A stretch of DNA of 64,000 bases. It comes from Paramoeba atlantica (lineage: Eukaryota > Protista > Discosea). The DNA lies in contig CDRNVI010000059.1 in NCBI GenBank assembly GCA_977017575.1, forward strand, positions 310,001 through 374,000. The letters are read 5' to 3'. Position numbers and translations under genes: made by a program. The notes under the pieces are model-generated. The model was not told the origin of the DNA. It did no database searches and worked only from the letters and a program-made list of their open reading frames with translations. Shown piece by piece: positions 11,181 to 23,900 of this stretch (its first letter is position 1; each line of letters begins with the position of its first letter).

Positions 11181-12486
11181 GGCACATTCATGGATACTCA
11201 GGCACATCCCACTGAAGGGGCCGACGACACGCAAGAAGTGGTCTCTCCAGCATCCGAACAAGTCGAATGTCGAAAAGGCTTCAATACGCTGTCGGGAAAT
11301 TCATTTAGAGAAAAATTAGGAAAACGAAAATAAATACTGTTACTATAGTAAATAAATAAAGTTAGTAATAGTAAATACGAAACGAAATATTGCAACTGCA
11401 AATGTATAATTTATCCAGACACCGTGATACATGATTGAAGTTTGATACAGACATCCTTTGAAAGGAAGGATACATACACGACAAGATGTGTATGAAGCCT
11501 CGCTCGCAATAATTTAACTTAAAACAAATAAATTGAGATACAGTGAGTCGTTGGTTCAATGAATGAAGCCGAGCACACCATCATTCTCGGAATCTTTATC
11601 ACGTCTATTATTCGGACGGCAACCCTACATACACACACGTTTAAGCCACCAGAACTATACAGAACTGTACTACTTCAACTAGTCTCTACTTGTATTACTA
11701 GGAATCTATACTGAATTAGCATTCTTACTACTCTTACTAGTGGATCTACTCTAGGAAAGGCCGTTCCATTAAAACCTAGAAACCCTCCACTAAACGAGTA
11801 ACTACGACTCAATGGCACTGGTCATTTAGGGTTCCACTAATTTACGCATCATCTAAGATGCAAGGATACCACACTTACAAACACACCACACTTACTAACA
11901 GGTATGGCGTATCCAAAACGTAATAATAAAAGCGAGTCAGAGACCACACGTGGAACTGTAGTCATACAGACCGACAGTATCCAACAGCCATGGCAATTCC
12001 ACGAGAGGCAGTACCCTTGATGCGAGCGGTCATATTCTGTATTTTTTGCCTCTATATTACCCAATACATGAGCCATGAAGGTCCATAGGGGGGGTTGTCA
12101 TGTTCTATATAAAATAACTAGCAATTGGCGAGCCCAAAACTAGCAAATGTATGTAAATTATGCCGCTAACATGAAGCAATAAAAATTAAAACAGAGAAAC
12201 AAGCAAAACATGCCATTCGCGCAGGTTCCGGACCGGGTCTTTCGATCTCTCCACGGCCTGACTTGTGAACCCTTCCCTTGTTATACGGGAGGGCGCAGGC
12301 GCGGGCCTGTGTCGACAGCGACACGGTCGCGAAACAGGATGCTGGTCGACGGGGAGGAGATTCACTACCCGTGTACTACCTCACTTGGGGTACCTAGCCC
12401 TCGCGGGCTAGGCGTAAGTATAGACTCTGTCGACGCGACCAGCACCCTAATCGTCTTGTTACCCTAGAGGACCATGCCTGTGGGCC

Positions 12487-13205
12487 CTACTCCTCTTCCG
12501 GGGGAGCTTGGGGGTCACTGACGACTATCCGGGAGACCATCATGCGGGCCTGAGAGCGCATGAGTGTGACGTTAAGCTCTTTCAGAAGGTCATTTCGGGC
12601 TTGAGCATCCGTGAGAAGACCTTTTGACGAGTTGGCGCGTAGTGCTCCCACCTTCCATAAGACCGCCATTGCGCTTTTACTCCACGAGCCAAAAGACTCG
12701 ACAACCATGGCCGTGAACCCTAGTTGTGCTTCTTCTGCTTCTTGACGTTGTTTTTCCTTCGTTTCTGAGTAATGCTCGGCGAAAGACCCTGCAGCCACCC
12801 AGCTAGCATTCCGGACAGAGTCCAAATACTTTGTTTGCTGTGCGTGGGTGACTGCGAAGTCTAGCACCATGCCTTTCCCTAGAGTGTACGTGGGGAGGAA
12901 AACTTCAGCCGGTCTGGTGAGACCCCCTCCTGGCCCCCGATTTCCTAGACTTTTTTCTCGCTGGGGAGCCATGTTGGCCTTGCTGCAAAAGGAGGCGAAT
13001 TCTACACAAAGCGCATTGTGACGCGTGATGAGGCCATGTCCGTTCTTGCACAATAATGTATGCTCCCCATTTTTCTGTAGGGGTAGGGAACACCCGTTTG
13101 CTGGGCAGGGGCGGTCTTGGCCATAAATGTCCATGCCAAACCACCAGCGCGATAACGTGCGGAACTCGGTTGGTGTGAAGGCAAAACCTTTACTCCTTGA
13201 GGGCG
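12487..13205 (-). mobile_element. CRE-clade non-LTR retrotransposon, 3' fragment B (CCHC finger + restriction-like endonuclease)
   Basis: CPANGC..HTLLC..RHN finger; RPAEV..LDFAVT..K..Y RLE motifs; VVESFGSW. 5'-truncated next to the T-run at 13206-13214. Confidence 0.85.
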
Positions 13206-13429
13206 TTTTTTTTTGCAAATAATTGGGGGGAGTAGTATTGAGTCTAATGTTTTTATCTACTTTTCCAACTTTCCTACTCTCCACACTTACAATCCTTCAC
13301 CCAAAAAGCTTTCATCCTACTTCCTTCCTTCCCCCACTTCCTGCCCCTCACCACACTTCCTTCCCTTCCTCCACTTACGCCCTACCCCACTGACCGGCTC
13401 GTCCGCGCAGGGGCCCATGCGGTCCAGAG

Positions 13430-13910
13430 CCTCCGCTCTCACCCCGTTAGCAATATAAGATACTTTGTGTTGCTGTGCGAGGGTGGGAGACGTGGAGGTG
13501 ACCTCCGCTCCCACCCCGTTAGCAGTATCAGATACTTTAGGTTGCTGTACGAGGGTGGGAGACAAGGAGGAGACGAAGCGCAAAGACGCCGTCGCGCCAA
13601 GGGGGGAAAGCGAAAAGAGAGACATGGCGGGACGGACGCGGAGACGAGGGGAAACAACGCCGCAGCCCATCGGTCTGGAACTCTGCCCCCACCCCGTGAG
13701 CAAGTATAGTGTACTTTGGGCTGCTGGCACGGGGGTGGGGGACGCAAGAGAGAAAGACAGAAGAACAACGAGCGCGCAGAGGCGGGAGGAAGAGGTGGGG
13801 GGATACGACACAGGGGAATGATGGGACGAGAGAGGGAGGGGGGATGCCGACAATAGTGAGAAAATTTGAGGGGGGATGCCGACAATAGAGAGAAAATTTG
13901 AGGGGGGTGC
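13430..13910. repeat. Three copies of an ~60-bp motif plus 2.5 copies of a 34-bp motif in the GC-rich spacer between the CRE fragments
   Basis: caccccgttagca..gatacttt..gttgctgt.cgagggtgggagac at ~13440, ~13511 and ~13690. gggggatgccgacaatag.gagaaaatttga repeated at 13838-13910. Confidence 0.7.
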
Positions 13911-13919
13911 CCTCCAAAC

Positions 13920-15870
13920 TTTTTTTTTATCTCTCTCTCCCTGAACCCCATCGCCCAGCTAGCCTCGTACCCCGCGGCGGTACCAGTCTTGTACTGCCGC
14001 CTGTACAATCTGGGCATTACCTTTCTGGATGGCCACCCCTATGGCCATCAGAAGGTGGGACATGCATCCGTTCTTGTCGGATAGGTGGGCCCGGGCCACC
14101 TTGGTTAGGAAGTTCAAGGTCTCTGGGCCCGGGATCCCGTACGTGGAGAAGGCCAAGGGGTAAAATTCCATCCCTCGGGCGGTCGCCATCTCATCGTGTG
14201 AGCGCCGCTTGTTGGCCTCCGCCATCCTCAGGGTATGAGAAGGCTCTGCGGCCTCCTTCTCCACGTAGGACGGGGCCAGTGGGTTCACCACGGTGACATC
14301 AACTAGGGCAGTCTTCCGTCCCAGCTGGAAGCATATGTCGGGCCCCCGTCCATTGTCGAACCTCGGTTCGTGTAGGTCCGGTTTGAAACCATATTGCACG
14401 AGAAGGTTTCGAAAGGTTTCCTTGACCTCCTTGTGGCGGGAGGCCTGGGTTTTCCCCTTAACCTTCTTGCAATCCAGTGCGTGTACGCAAAACTCCTCAT
14501 TGCGGAGGGTTGCACCGCACACGCACTGGAGCTCAGGTTCCGAGGTGGGGGCGACCAAGTACCGGAGACGGGCCGCAGTCTCCCACTGCGGGTCCCGCAT
14601 GTAATACTCCGGCCTGTTGGGCCATGCGTTCATCCACTTAGTGGAGTGAATGTTCTGGGTCTGTCGCATGCAGACCAGTTGGGTGGCCGTCGGGGCTTTC
14701 CCCAACGCGGCCTCACAGAGGTTGCTCCGCTGTTCCTTGGCTGACATGCCTTGGGGTCGGCCCTGTATGGTGTTCTTCGCCTTGGCCTGCATGTCTTCCG
14801 CCTTGTGCTCGAAGGGGATGGTCCCGAGGAAATCAGCCGTGAAAAGGTTATTGGAGAACGGCGTTTTCCCCAAGGAGCTCATCCCCCCGAGCAAGGCCTC
14901 AGCACATGCCAGGACGGCTTTGTCGACCTGGGTATTGGCCACTTTAGTGACCGGGGGGTCGTGGGTCCTTACGATGTAGTTCCATCGAGGACTCCCACAG
15001 AGTCTTAAGAGGGGCAAGGCGCATTGCCTGCTAATGTCCTTGAGTTTCCCCTGGAAGGAGATTACCTTGGGGGGGCCTTGGAAAGCACCCATTCTTCCTC
15101 CCTAGCCTCCGACACCCCGATGAAGGCCCCCAGTAGTTCGACCCCCCCTGGGGAGTGGACCGTGCGAGATCCGGAGAACTCGGAGAAGAGCTCCTCGCGT
15201 CTGGTAGCTACCTTGCATTTAGCGGTATTTAACCGTAGCCCAAGATGTTTCAGCTCCTCGCGGAGGGCCTCTAGGGCTTCCGCGCAAACCTTGGGTTCAC
15301 CAGCAAAAGTGACGTCATCCAGGTACGCCCAGACCTTCAGCGTGCCTGTGAAGTTGGCCGCCACTCTGGCGATTGCCCCCTGGATCCCTATGGCAAATAG
15401 GATGGGAGCCATGGGGTCACCTTGCTTGACCCCCCTTGAGCTCGTGATGCATTGGCCTTCCCCAAGGTGAAGGGTACTTGTGGTGCCGTAGCTGAAAAGG
15501 GTGATTCGGCCTGCCCCTGAAGTGCTGTCGCACATTATATATTATGTGCTCACACCCCTGCGTGTATTGGGCTCCAAACTGGATGCCCTGAAAGTAAGTG
15601 GGGAGATGTTCCCGGATTTTCTCCAGGGCAAGGAGCCCCGCCACCTTGAGGATGCACTCTCCCATGGCGATGGGCATGTAGGACGAGTGGTGCCCCGCCG
15701 GGGAGTCCGGTTTGGTGAATAGTTTTAAAGACGCCCCCGTGAGCAGTTCCCTCATTGAGGGGGGGAGGGAGTTGGCCATTATCCCGTGGATTTTCCACGT
15801 GATACAGTTGCGGGGTCCATCTTCCCGTATCAAACGCCATACTCTCTATCAAATCAACGTGACTGTTTCA
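13920..15870 (-). mobile_element. CRE-clade non-LTR retrotransposon A, 5'-truncated and frameshifted (RT + CCHC + RLE), with poly(A) tail
   Basis: PIAMGE, QFG..GCEH, GVKQGDPMAPILF and AYLDDV RT motifs; CVCG..HALDC..RH finger; GPDI..LVDVTVVNP RLE. A9 tail at 13920-13928. The RT segment carrying the usual DxxNAFN motif is missing. Confidence 0.9.
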
Positions 15871-15883
15871 ACGCTACATGCGA

Positions 15884-17955
15884 ATCTACTCCATGCGAGC
15901 GGTTCGACGCTGCATCAAACAGCGGATCTACGCTCCTATAAATCCGCATGAGTGGCTCGACGCTGCAGGAGCAGCGGATCTACACTCCATGCGAGCGGTT
16001 CGACGCCGTATCAAACAGCGGATCCACGCTCCTATTAATCGGCATGAGTCGCTCCACGCTGCAGGAGCAGCGGATCTACACTCCATGCGAGCGGTTCGAC
16101 GCCGTATCAAACAGCGGATCCACGCTCCTATTAATCGGCATGAGTCGCTCCACGCTGCAGGAGCAGCGGATCTACACTCCATGCGAGCGGTTCGACGCTG
16201 TATCAAACAGCGGATCCACGCTCCTATTAATCGGCATGAGTCGCTCCACGCTGCAGGAGCAGCGGATCTACACTCCATGCGAGCGGTTCGACGCTGTATC
16301 AAACAGCGGATCCACGCTCCTATTAATCGGCATGAGTCGCTCCACGCTGCAGGAGCAGCGGATCTACACTCCATGCGAGCGGTTCGACGCTGTATCAAAC
16401 AGCGGATCCACGCTCCTATTAATCGGCATGAGTCGCTCCACGCTGCAGGAGCAGCGGATCTACACTCCATGCGAGCGGTTCGACGCCGTATCAAACAGCG
16501 GATCCACGCTCCTATTAATCGGCATGAGTCGCTCCACGCTGCAGGAGCAGCGGATCTACACTCCATGCGAGCGGTTCGACGCTGTATCAAACAGCGGATC
16601 CACGCTCCTATTAATCGGCATGAGTCGCTCCACGCTGCAGGAGCAGCGGATCTACACTCCATGCGAGCGGCACCACGCCGTATCAAACAGCGGATCCACG
16701 CTCCTATTAATCGGCATGAGTCGCTCCACGCTGCAGGAGCAGCGGATCTACACTCCATGCGAGCGGTTCGACGCTGTATCAAACAGCGGATCCACGCTCC
16801 TATTAATCGGCATGAGTCGCTCCACGCTGCAGGAGCAGCGGATCTACACTCCATGCGAGCGGTTCGACGCCGTATCAAACAGCGGATCCACGCTCCTATT
16901 AATCGGCATGAGTCGCTCCACGCTGCAGGAGCAGCGGATCTACACTCCATGCGAGCGGTTCGACGCTGTATCAAACAGCGGATCCACGCTCCTATTAATC
17001 GGCATGAGTCGCTCCACGCTGCAGGAGCAGCGGATCTACACTCCATGCGAGCGGTTCGACGCTGTATCAAACAGCGGATCCACGCTCCTATTAATCGGCA
17101 TGAGTCGCTCCACGCTGCAGGAGCAGCGGATCTACACTCCATGCGAGCGGTTCGACGCTGTATCAAACAGCGGATCCACGCTCCTATTAATCGGCATGAG
17201 TCGCTCCACGCTGCAGGAGCAGCGGATCTACACTCCATGCGAGCGGTTCGACGCCGTATCAAACAGCGGATCCACGCTCCTATTAATCGGCATGAGTCGC
17301 TCCACGCTGCAGGAGCAGCGGATCTACACTCCATGCGAGCGGTTCGACGCTGTATCAAACAGCGGATCCACGCTCCTATTAATCGGCATGAGTCGCTCCA
17401 CGCTGCAGGAGCAGCGGATCTACACTCCATGCGAGCGGCACCACGCCGTATCAAACAGCGGATCCACGCTCCTATTAATCGGCATGAGTCGCTCCACGCT
17501 GCAGGAGCAGCGGATCTACACTCCATGCGAGCGGTTCGACGCTGTATCAAACAGCGGATCCACGCTCCTATTAATCGGCATGAGTCGCTCCACGCTGCAG
17601 GAGCAGCGGATCTACACTCCATGCGAGCGGTTCGACGCCGTATCAAACAGCGGATCCACGCTCCTATTAATCGGCATGAGTCGCTCCACGCTGCAGGAGC
17701 AGCGGATCTACACTCCATGCGAGCGGTTCGACGCTGTATCAAACAGCGGATCCACGCTCCTATTAATCGGCATGAGTCGCTCCACGCTGCAGGAGCAGCG
17801 GATCTACACTCCATGCGAGCGGCACCACGCTGTGTCAAACAGCGGCTCCACGCTCCATCACATCAGCGTGAGTGGCTCCACGCTGCTAAAACAGAGGCTC
17901 CACACTCCATGCGGGCGGCTCCACGCTGTGTCAAACAGCGGCTCCACGCTCTATC
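15884..17955. repeat. 96-bp tandem satellite, about 20 near-identical units plus degenerate ends
   Basis: Unit gcggttcgacgc(c/t)gtatcaaacagcggatccacgctcctattaatcggcatgagtcgctccacgctgcaggagcagcggatctacactccatgcga, built from four 21-30-bp subunits. There are no unique spacers. Confidence 0.97.
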
Positions 17956-18032
17956 GAATGTGCTTGAATTCCGCCGAATTAGTTTTCGGATTTTGGTGCA
18001 GGCCGGGTTTCAAGCCCGGTGTTGTCAAAACA

Positions 18033-18152
18033 TTTTTTTTCTGGCCTTCATGGTGCCAGGCCTGCCATGGCGCGTCTACTTCGCCGTGATAATGACGGGT
18101 TGGTGGACCCTCTCTAGGTAAGCCCAGATTAGGACTACCAACCCTCACATTA
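18033..18152 (-). mobile_element. 120-nt structured, oligo(A)-tailed element, copy 2
   Basis: Reverse complement of 11061-11180. T8 at 18033-18040. Confidence 0.55.
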
Positions 18153-18221
18153 TCACCACCTACGTATGCACCTAGACACTGGTTCCAGGCCGGTGGGTGA
18201 CAGGCATGCCTTTGGGGCTGT

Positions 18222-18224
<3 letters not shown>

Positions 18225-18285
<61 letters not shown>

Positions 18286-18795
18286 TTGCTTCTCCCTCTC
18301 TCTCTCCCTCTCTGTTTCTTTCTCCCTCTCTTTCTTTCTCCTTTCTTTCTTTCTCCTTCTTTCTTTCTTTCTCCTTCTTTCTTTCTTTCTCCTTCTTTCT
18401 TTCTTTCTCCTTCTTTCTTTCTTTCTCCTTCTTTCTTTCTCCTTCTTTCTATCATTCTTCCAGTCATTCGTTTCTTATTCTTTCTTTTCTTCGCTCTTGC
18501 ATTCATCCATTCATTCTCTCCATTGCTTTCTCGCTTTCCGTCACATTCTTTCTTTTCCTCGCTTCTTTCTCTTTCGTTCTTTCTCACTGTCTCCATCTTT
18601 TGCTATCTATCCCCCCCCCTTTCTTTCTTTCTTTCTCTCTTACTTTCATTCATTCATTTCTTCATTTTTTCTTTCCTTCGCTCTTTCTTTATTCTTTGTT
18701 TACTTCGTTCATTCATTCCTTCATTCCTTCCTTTATTCTTTCTCTCACTTGCTTTCTTGCTTTCCGTGTCTTTCTTTCTTTCCTTCCATTCTTTC
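18225..18795. repeat. (CT)n / (TTTC)n polypyrimidine tract
   Basis: Pure CT dinucleotide run followed by degenerate TTTC/TTCA repeats. Confidence 0.95.
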
Positions 18796-19839
18796 AATGC
18801 GTAAACTTAAAGTTTGCGTCGTATATCGGTTCTCCGCTCAATGGGTCCACCTATCTTCCTCACACTTCGCTTCAGTGATACTAGGTATCAACGAAGCGAC
18901 GCCGGGCTTGGAACCGGTATCTAGCGTGTTTAGGTAGGTGGTGATAAGTAATATTACCGTAGACCTCCCCCACGTAATAGAGGTTTGGCCTTTATTGGGC
19001 TGACGTCCAGTAATAGAGGTTTGGCTCGGGAGACCCACAGGACACACTCTTTTTGCTGAACCCAGCACAGCTTTGTAAACCGCTTCTTCCGTTTCGACCG
19101 CCGAGGGACTCGATATTCTTTCCATAAGAGCCTCGTCTCTCTACATTTGACACATTTTATAGTGTTCGAATAAATGATGATATTTGTGATGATTAAGGAA
19201 ATCAGAAATCACATGTAGCATGTACATGTGTAATTAGAACATTCGCAACTTATTGATGCACCATCATTCATACCATACAGTGCTCGTAATTTTTTGTGAA
19301 ATAAAAATACTGTAAAATAAAAATTTCTAAATGTTAATTCGTGAACAAATCTCGAAGTGATGTTCCGGCCTGTTTTTATTTGGTTGTTTTATTTTATTTT
19401 GGTTGTTCAATGAAAACGACCACCGCGTTTAACGAAGAATTGTATACGTAAGGAAATATACACGTGATTGTATGATCACCTAAAGATAATATTCTAATGA
19501 AGATATTCAATGACTGCTAAAAAAGCAGAAAAAGTAACGCGACCTCCTGATTCTGGGTGGTTTTCCGAATAACTTGCTCTGTCAAACACGCTTCTGACAT
19601 TTGTTCTTTGGTTCGAAGTTTCTTCCTTAGTTTCCTTCTCTATTTCAGCATGAGGGTGTAGATGACTACGGTCAAAGTACAGGAATATTGCATAAGTATA
19701 GGAATATTGCATAACTCTATTTTTGACCCCCCACCCCTTAATATGAGTTTCTTGATTTCGGTAGACAATTATAACCGTTGTATAGATCTGCGATTACACT
19801 GTCGGGAAACCACCTATTTTTTGTAATTTGAAACAAATT

Positions 19840-20260
19840 TTTACAAAGTCAAGGGTGGTATATTTCTCGAAAATATACGATTTATTTTATTTGTTACGTG
19901 TCTCACAGACTTGTATCCCCGGGAAAATGGAATACCGAACATATGGACGCTATAACGTACCCTAATCTGTCACTTTGAACTACTTTTACTTCAAATGAAG
20001 ACTTCACATATAAGGGGTGACCCTTCTAAAATGCTCTAAAATGGCCACTTTTCGTGGATTTTGCTTAAAAAAGCCCATTTTCACCTGTTTTTGGCTACTT
20101 TGGCGGGGTCACCCCCTATATGCAACTTTTCCATTTTTAGAAAATGTGATGTGCGTATATACTTGGAGTCTCATCTACAAGGAAAAGGATTTGTAAGATC
20201 CAATACAGGTGGGATCTTGCCAGGAGAAATTTTTCAAAAGTTAAAAAAAAATTAGAGGGG
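19840..20260. repeat. Dispersed Merlin-associated arm sequence (other copies 29172-29490, 38454-38772, ~54810-55258)
   Basis: tttttacaaagtcaagggtgg...taaggggtgaccc...ttagagggg is near-identical at 54810-55240. The other copies end in the gcaatattcctata TIR repeat. Confidence 0.8.
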
Positions 20261-20267
20261 GCCGCCC

Positions 20268-20400
20268 GCACATTTATAATGCATACTAAGCGGCACATTT
20301 ATAATGCATACTAAGCGGCACATTTATAATGCATACTAAGCGGCACATTTATAATGCATATAGCACATTCACATGCATATAGCACATTCACATGCATAAT
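20268..20400. repeat. 25-bp tandem repeat x4 then 19-bp x2, directly upstream of the IS30 ORF
   Basis: gcacatttataatgcatactaagcg at 20268, 20293, 20318 and (partial) 20343; gcacattcacatgcatata at 20363 and 20382. Confidence 0.9.
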
Positions 20401-20430
20401 TCTACGTTTTTCTCTCAGCTTTCTGTTTCA

Positions 20431-20955
20431 ATGGCACAATCAAAAAAGCGTATGGATCATGAAGATCGCACTAAAATAGAGGTGCTATACAACCAGAAAG
20501 GTTTCTCGCAGGAGGAAATAGCCGCAAAGTTGTCTGTAAATCAGTCAACGCTGAGCCGCGAGCTCACGAGAGGTATGCGTAACGGGGAGTATAATGCGAA
20601 GCGCGCGCAACGAGCGGCAAACACATCCATTTCCTCGCGGAAACACAAGCATCAGAAAATACAAGGTGATGTGCAAGAGAAGGTGATTGCTTTGCTGGGG
20701 AAGAGATTTAGCCCACAGCAAATCGCTACAACTCTCTTTAAGGAAGATGGGGTAAAGATTTCTCGTGTAGCCGTTTATGGATTCATCAAACGGGAAGACA
20801 GAGCAGGGAATTTAGTTCAGTTCCTGCGCCGGGGGGGAGGTCGCGGTAGAAGGCGACGGGGTACAAATCGCCTGAAAATACCGAATCGAACTGACATAAG
20901 CGAGCGCACAGGTTTCGACAATACTCGCTCCAGATATGGAGATTGGGAGTGTGAC
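20431..20955 (+). pseudogene. IS30-family transposase, N-terminal part (HTH to first catalytic Asp)
   Basis: SQEEIAAKLSVNQSTLSRELTRG HTH, FSPQQIA, IPNRTDISER, YGDWECD. Interrupted at 20955. Confidence 0.9.
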
Positions 20956-23900
20956 GGCACTTCCGCCGGCAGAAGAGGTTACAGTTCAAGTGTATTGATT
21001 TATGTATTGAGTTCGGTGGGGTGTAGCAAAAATCCATTATTTCATAGATGGAAGGTCATGAAAGTGAAGGATGAAGATAGGTGGAAGGTCAGTAGGAATA
21101 TGTGGTTCACCGACGGGAATGGGTGAAAGCATAAAAACGCGAGAGGAGTGTTCTGGGGGGAAAGGTGGAGAAGAAATCTCAACCGGTATGCTCTTTAGCC
21201 GAGAAGTGCAACATAAAGTTGGAATTGCAACAGAAAGGTGAACGACAACGACGTGCTACTAATAATTTTTGAAGACATTCATGATTTTTGCGATTGCACT
21301 TAAAGGAAGGACATGTTATATTAAGTTTTTTAGTAAGTGCCAACTTTACTGAGTAGTGACTAACTTTACGTTTTTTATGCATAAAACTGAAAATGGGGTA
21401 TACGTCAAAGAGAGGAAATTCAACCCTTTGACTTAACGTCAAAAACCGAAAAAGAGGGAAAAGTCAGGGGGGGGGGAGATCAGTCAGGGAGGAGGTGTAG
21501 CGTTGATGAAGGTGCAGAGTCGTGCGTATTTTTTAACCTTTGAAGACAAAATTAGGAACCTAATCTTTAATTTATCCTTTACGTATTCCTTTAACTACTG
21601 TTTTTACGAAATGTTTCTTAAAAAGCGAATTCTCCTTTGCCTCAACGGATTACAGAGGAACATTTTCCGCATTCTCAAAGCCGTCTACTTCTATTCGCGA
21701 ATCTCTATTCGGACATTTACGTCCTCTCTTTTTTCTAGCATCCTCTTTTGCGCGAAGCTCGCCCATTATCTCATCATGCGACTTCACGTCCTCCACGCAT
21801 TCCTTGTAGCAAAGTCTGTTCTGATACGCAACCCGTAACTGATTAAAATCTCGAGGAAATCTATACTGGTCCTCATTTTCTTTGACCACGGAGCTGAATC
21901 TTGATAAAACTTTCGGCCAAGGTATGTGCCTCGAAGATTTGTCGCGCACTTCATCGATGACACATTGCAGGAGCAAGCGCACTTCAAGGAGATTGAATTT
22001 CACGATCACGTTTCTTTGGCGAGGATCAATTCTTGGAGCATGTAAATGTGTTGCCAGGTGACATGCGTTGCTATTTCCTGTCGCGGTAAAATGTTGTACA
22101 GGTAAGTCATCAACCATTATGATCTCGTGCGCCCCCAAACCTACATCAAAATCTGTATCAAAAGTTTTAAATATTCTTGCACCAGGGATATCAAGTACGC
22201 AAACACCGCATATTCTGTGCCTCTGCGGAGTTGGTGATACGGAATCGAAAGGAACCACTAGATATGGTACGTGTGAAAGCTCGTGCAGAACGAGTACAGT
22301 GCTTGAAATGACATTGGCAAGAGAGCGAACTAGGGGAAGAAATAATTGCCAGTGCGAGACCTTGGTTATAACTTCCTCGACGTCATTCTCGGGCTTGCTC
22401 AAGTGTTCAAGAACTCGTTCGAACGTCGTATCTTTGTCCACCCGCGATGTATCGCACCGCAGAATACAGGGATCTCCCGCACACAAGTATTCAAGTGTGC
22501 TCATCATTGACGCTGCGGTGCACTCTCCACCTAGGAAACGCACCTTTTCCTCGTGCTTAGTTGGTGTAGCAGAAAGTGCGAAGTTAAATTCTACATCGTC
22601 TTTGCCAAGAAATACGGGCTCGCAACCAAACTTATTTTGCGCCCAGCTGCGAACATTACTCAGCTGATTGTCAGACAAGGAATGCGGGATAAGTGCATAT
22701 CCATCCCCAGATTCAACAGGGTGAACATATTGTGTGAAGAACAGTTCATGAGTCGTTAGTTGTTTCGCCACAGGGAGAAGTCCAAATGGACTATTACATA
22801 ATCTTGCATCGTCCGCCCCCAGGAAGAGAGAAGAGAAGGTTTCTTTCAAGGTTCGAAACAACAGAGCGTCGAAACACATCATATCCGGCGCTGATTTGAA
22901 TCTCACAGCACATTTCACATTACTTCGATAAATAAAGCTCCTTGTCAGCGCGTCTACAGTTTCTGCTGAGCTACGCGCGCGAAGCTTCACTTTAGCTTTC
23001 AAACGAGAATGAAAACTTTCACAAATGTTGGTTCCTCGGCTGGAACGATACACCATATTCTTATCCACGCGCGTCAAATTCACATCTGTAGGGTCACTGA
23101 GGCAGTCCCGCTCGATGTGTGCTATTGCGTACGGCCAGAGAGAAGCTAACTTGGGGTTCCATGTAAAGATGTCCGAATATTTTTCCTTCAGGAGTTCCAT
23201 TTTAGAAAGCAATTTTGCCGGACGTGGAATAACTTTCTCATGCGCATCAAGATGTTCCTTTTTTGGCAAAGCGATAGTAAGAGGCTCTACTACAGATCGG
23301 CAAAGCTCGGTGTAAAACATTTTCTGCCGATTTGATGCTGAAGTGCGTGGGATAACAGCTGCGAAACGGTGCAGCCAATGCCATAAATCGCATTTAATAT
23401 GTGCAGATGGAAAGTGGCGTTGTATTTTAGAACGCACTGTGCAACAGTTGTCAACATATATAGCCATTGCTTTGCTTCCTGGACGTGATGCTATGTTTGA
23501 AAGAACATTGTGCAAAGTGTCAAAACTTTCATTTCGAGTATATACGGCAGCCAAAATCTCACCAATTTCATTGTGAACAACAAAGTGAGAACGAAACGGT
23601 GCTTCCCCACGCAGTCGAATGCACTTTGCGGTCTCGAAAGTATGATCCGTTGCAAGCACTGTACCAGTCAGCTCGGACATATAGTTGTCACACTCCACCT
23701 GGCGCTGCTGGAGTAATGAAATCAAAACATCCTGAAAATGATCCACTGATGGAGTCATCCATTCTTGTGAAATTCGATTTGAAATCGCTTCCACGCAATT
23801 AGGATCCCAGCGAAATTCAAATTTTTCCGTGTGCTTTAATTCAAAAATGTGTCTTTCATCGCGCTTATTACTCAGATACTGCAACGTCCGCTGATGGTAA

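Noticed and set aside
9290-15900. Spliced-leader RNA gene as the CRE target
   Set aside because: I saw no match to the conserved AACTAACGCT..CAGTTTCTGTAC exon on either strand. The gtacagaac-like words near 9340 and 11660 are too short.
17995-18030. tRNA-like T-arm (ccgggtttcaagcccgg)
   Set aside because: There is no matching acceptor, D arm or anticodon arm upstream.
15878-18121. 747-, 713- and 636-aa ORFs over the 96-bp array as real proteins
   Set aside because: They arise from a stop-free unit whose length is a multiple of 3, on both strands, with no domain motifs. Kept only as a repeat.
11061-18152. The two 120-nt copies as TIRs of a 7-kb transposon, or as an HDV-like ribozyme
   Set aside because: There is no target duplication outside them and the oligo(A) points inward. 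The superficial GGCC..CATGGT.CCAG resemblance to HDV lacks the P1 partner strand.
18153-18937. Long F/L/S-rich or K/E/R-rich ORFs
   Set aside because: They are translation artefacts of the CT/TTTC tract.
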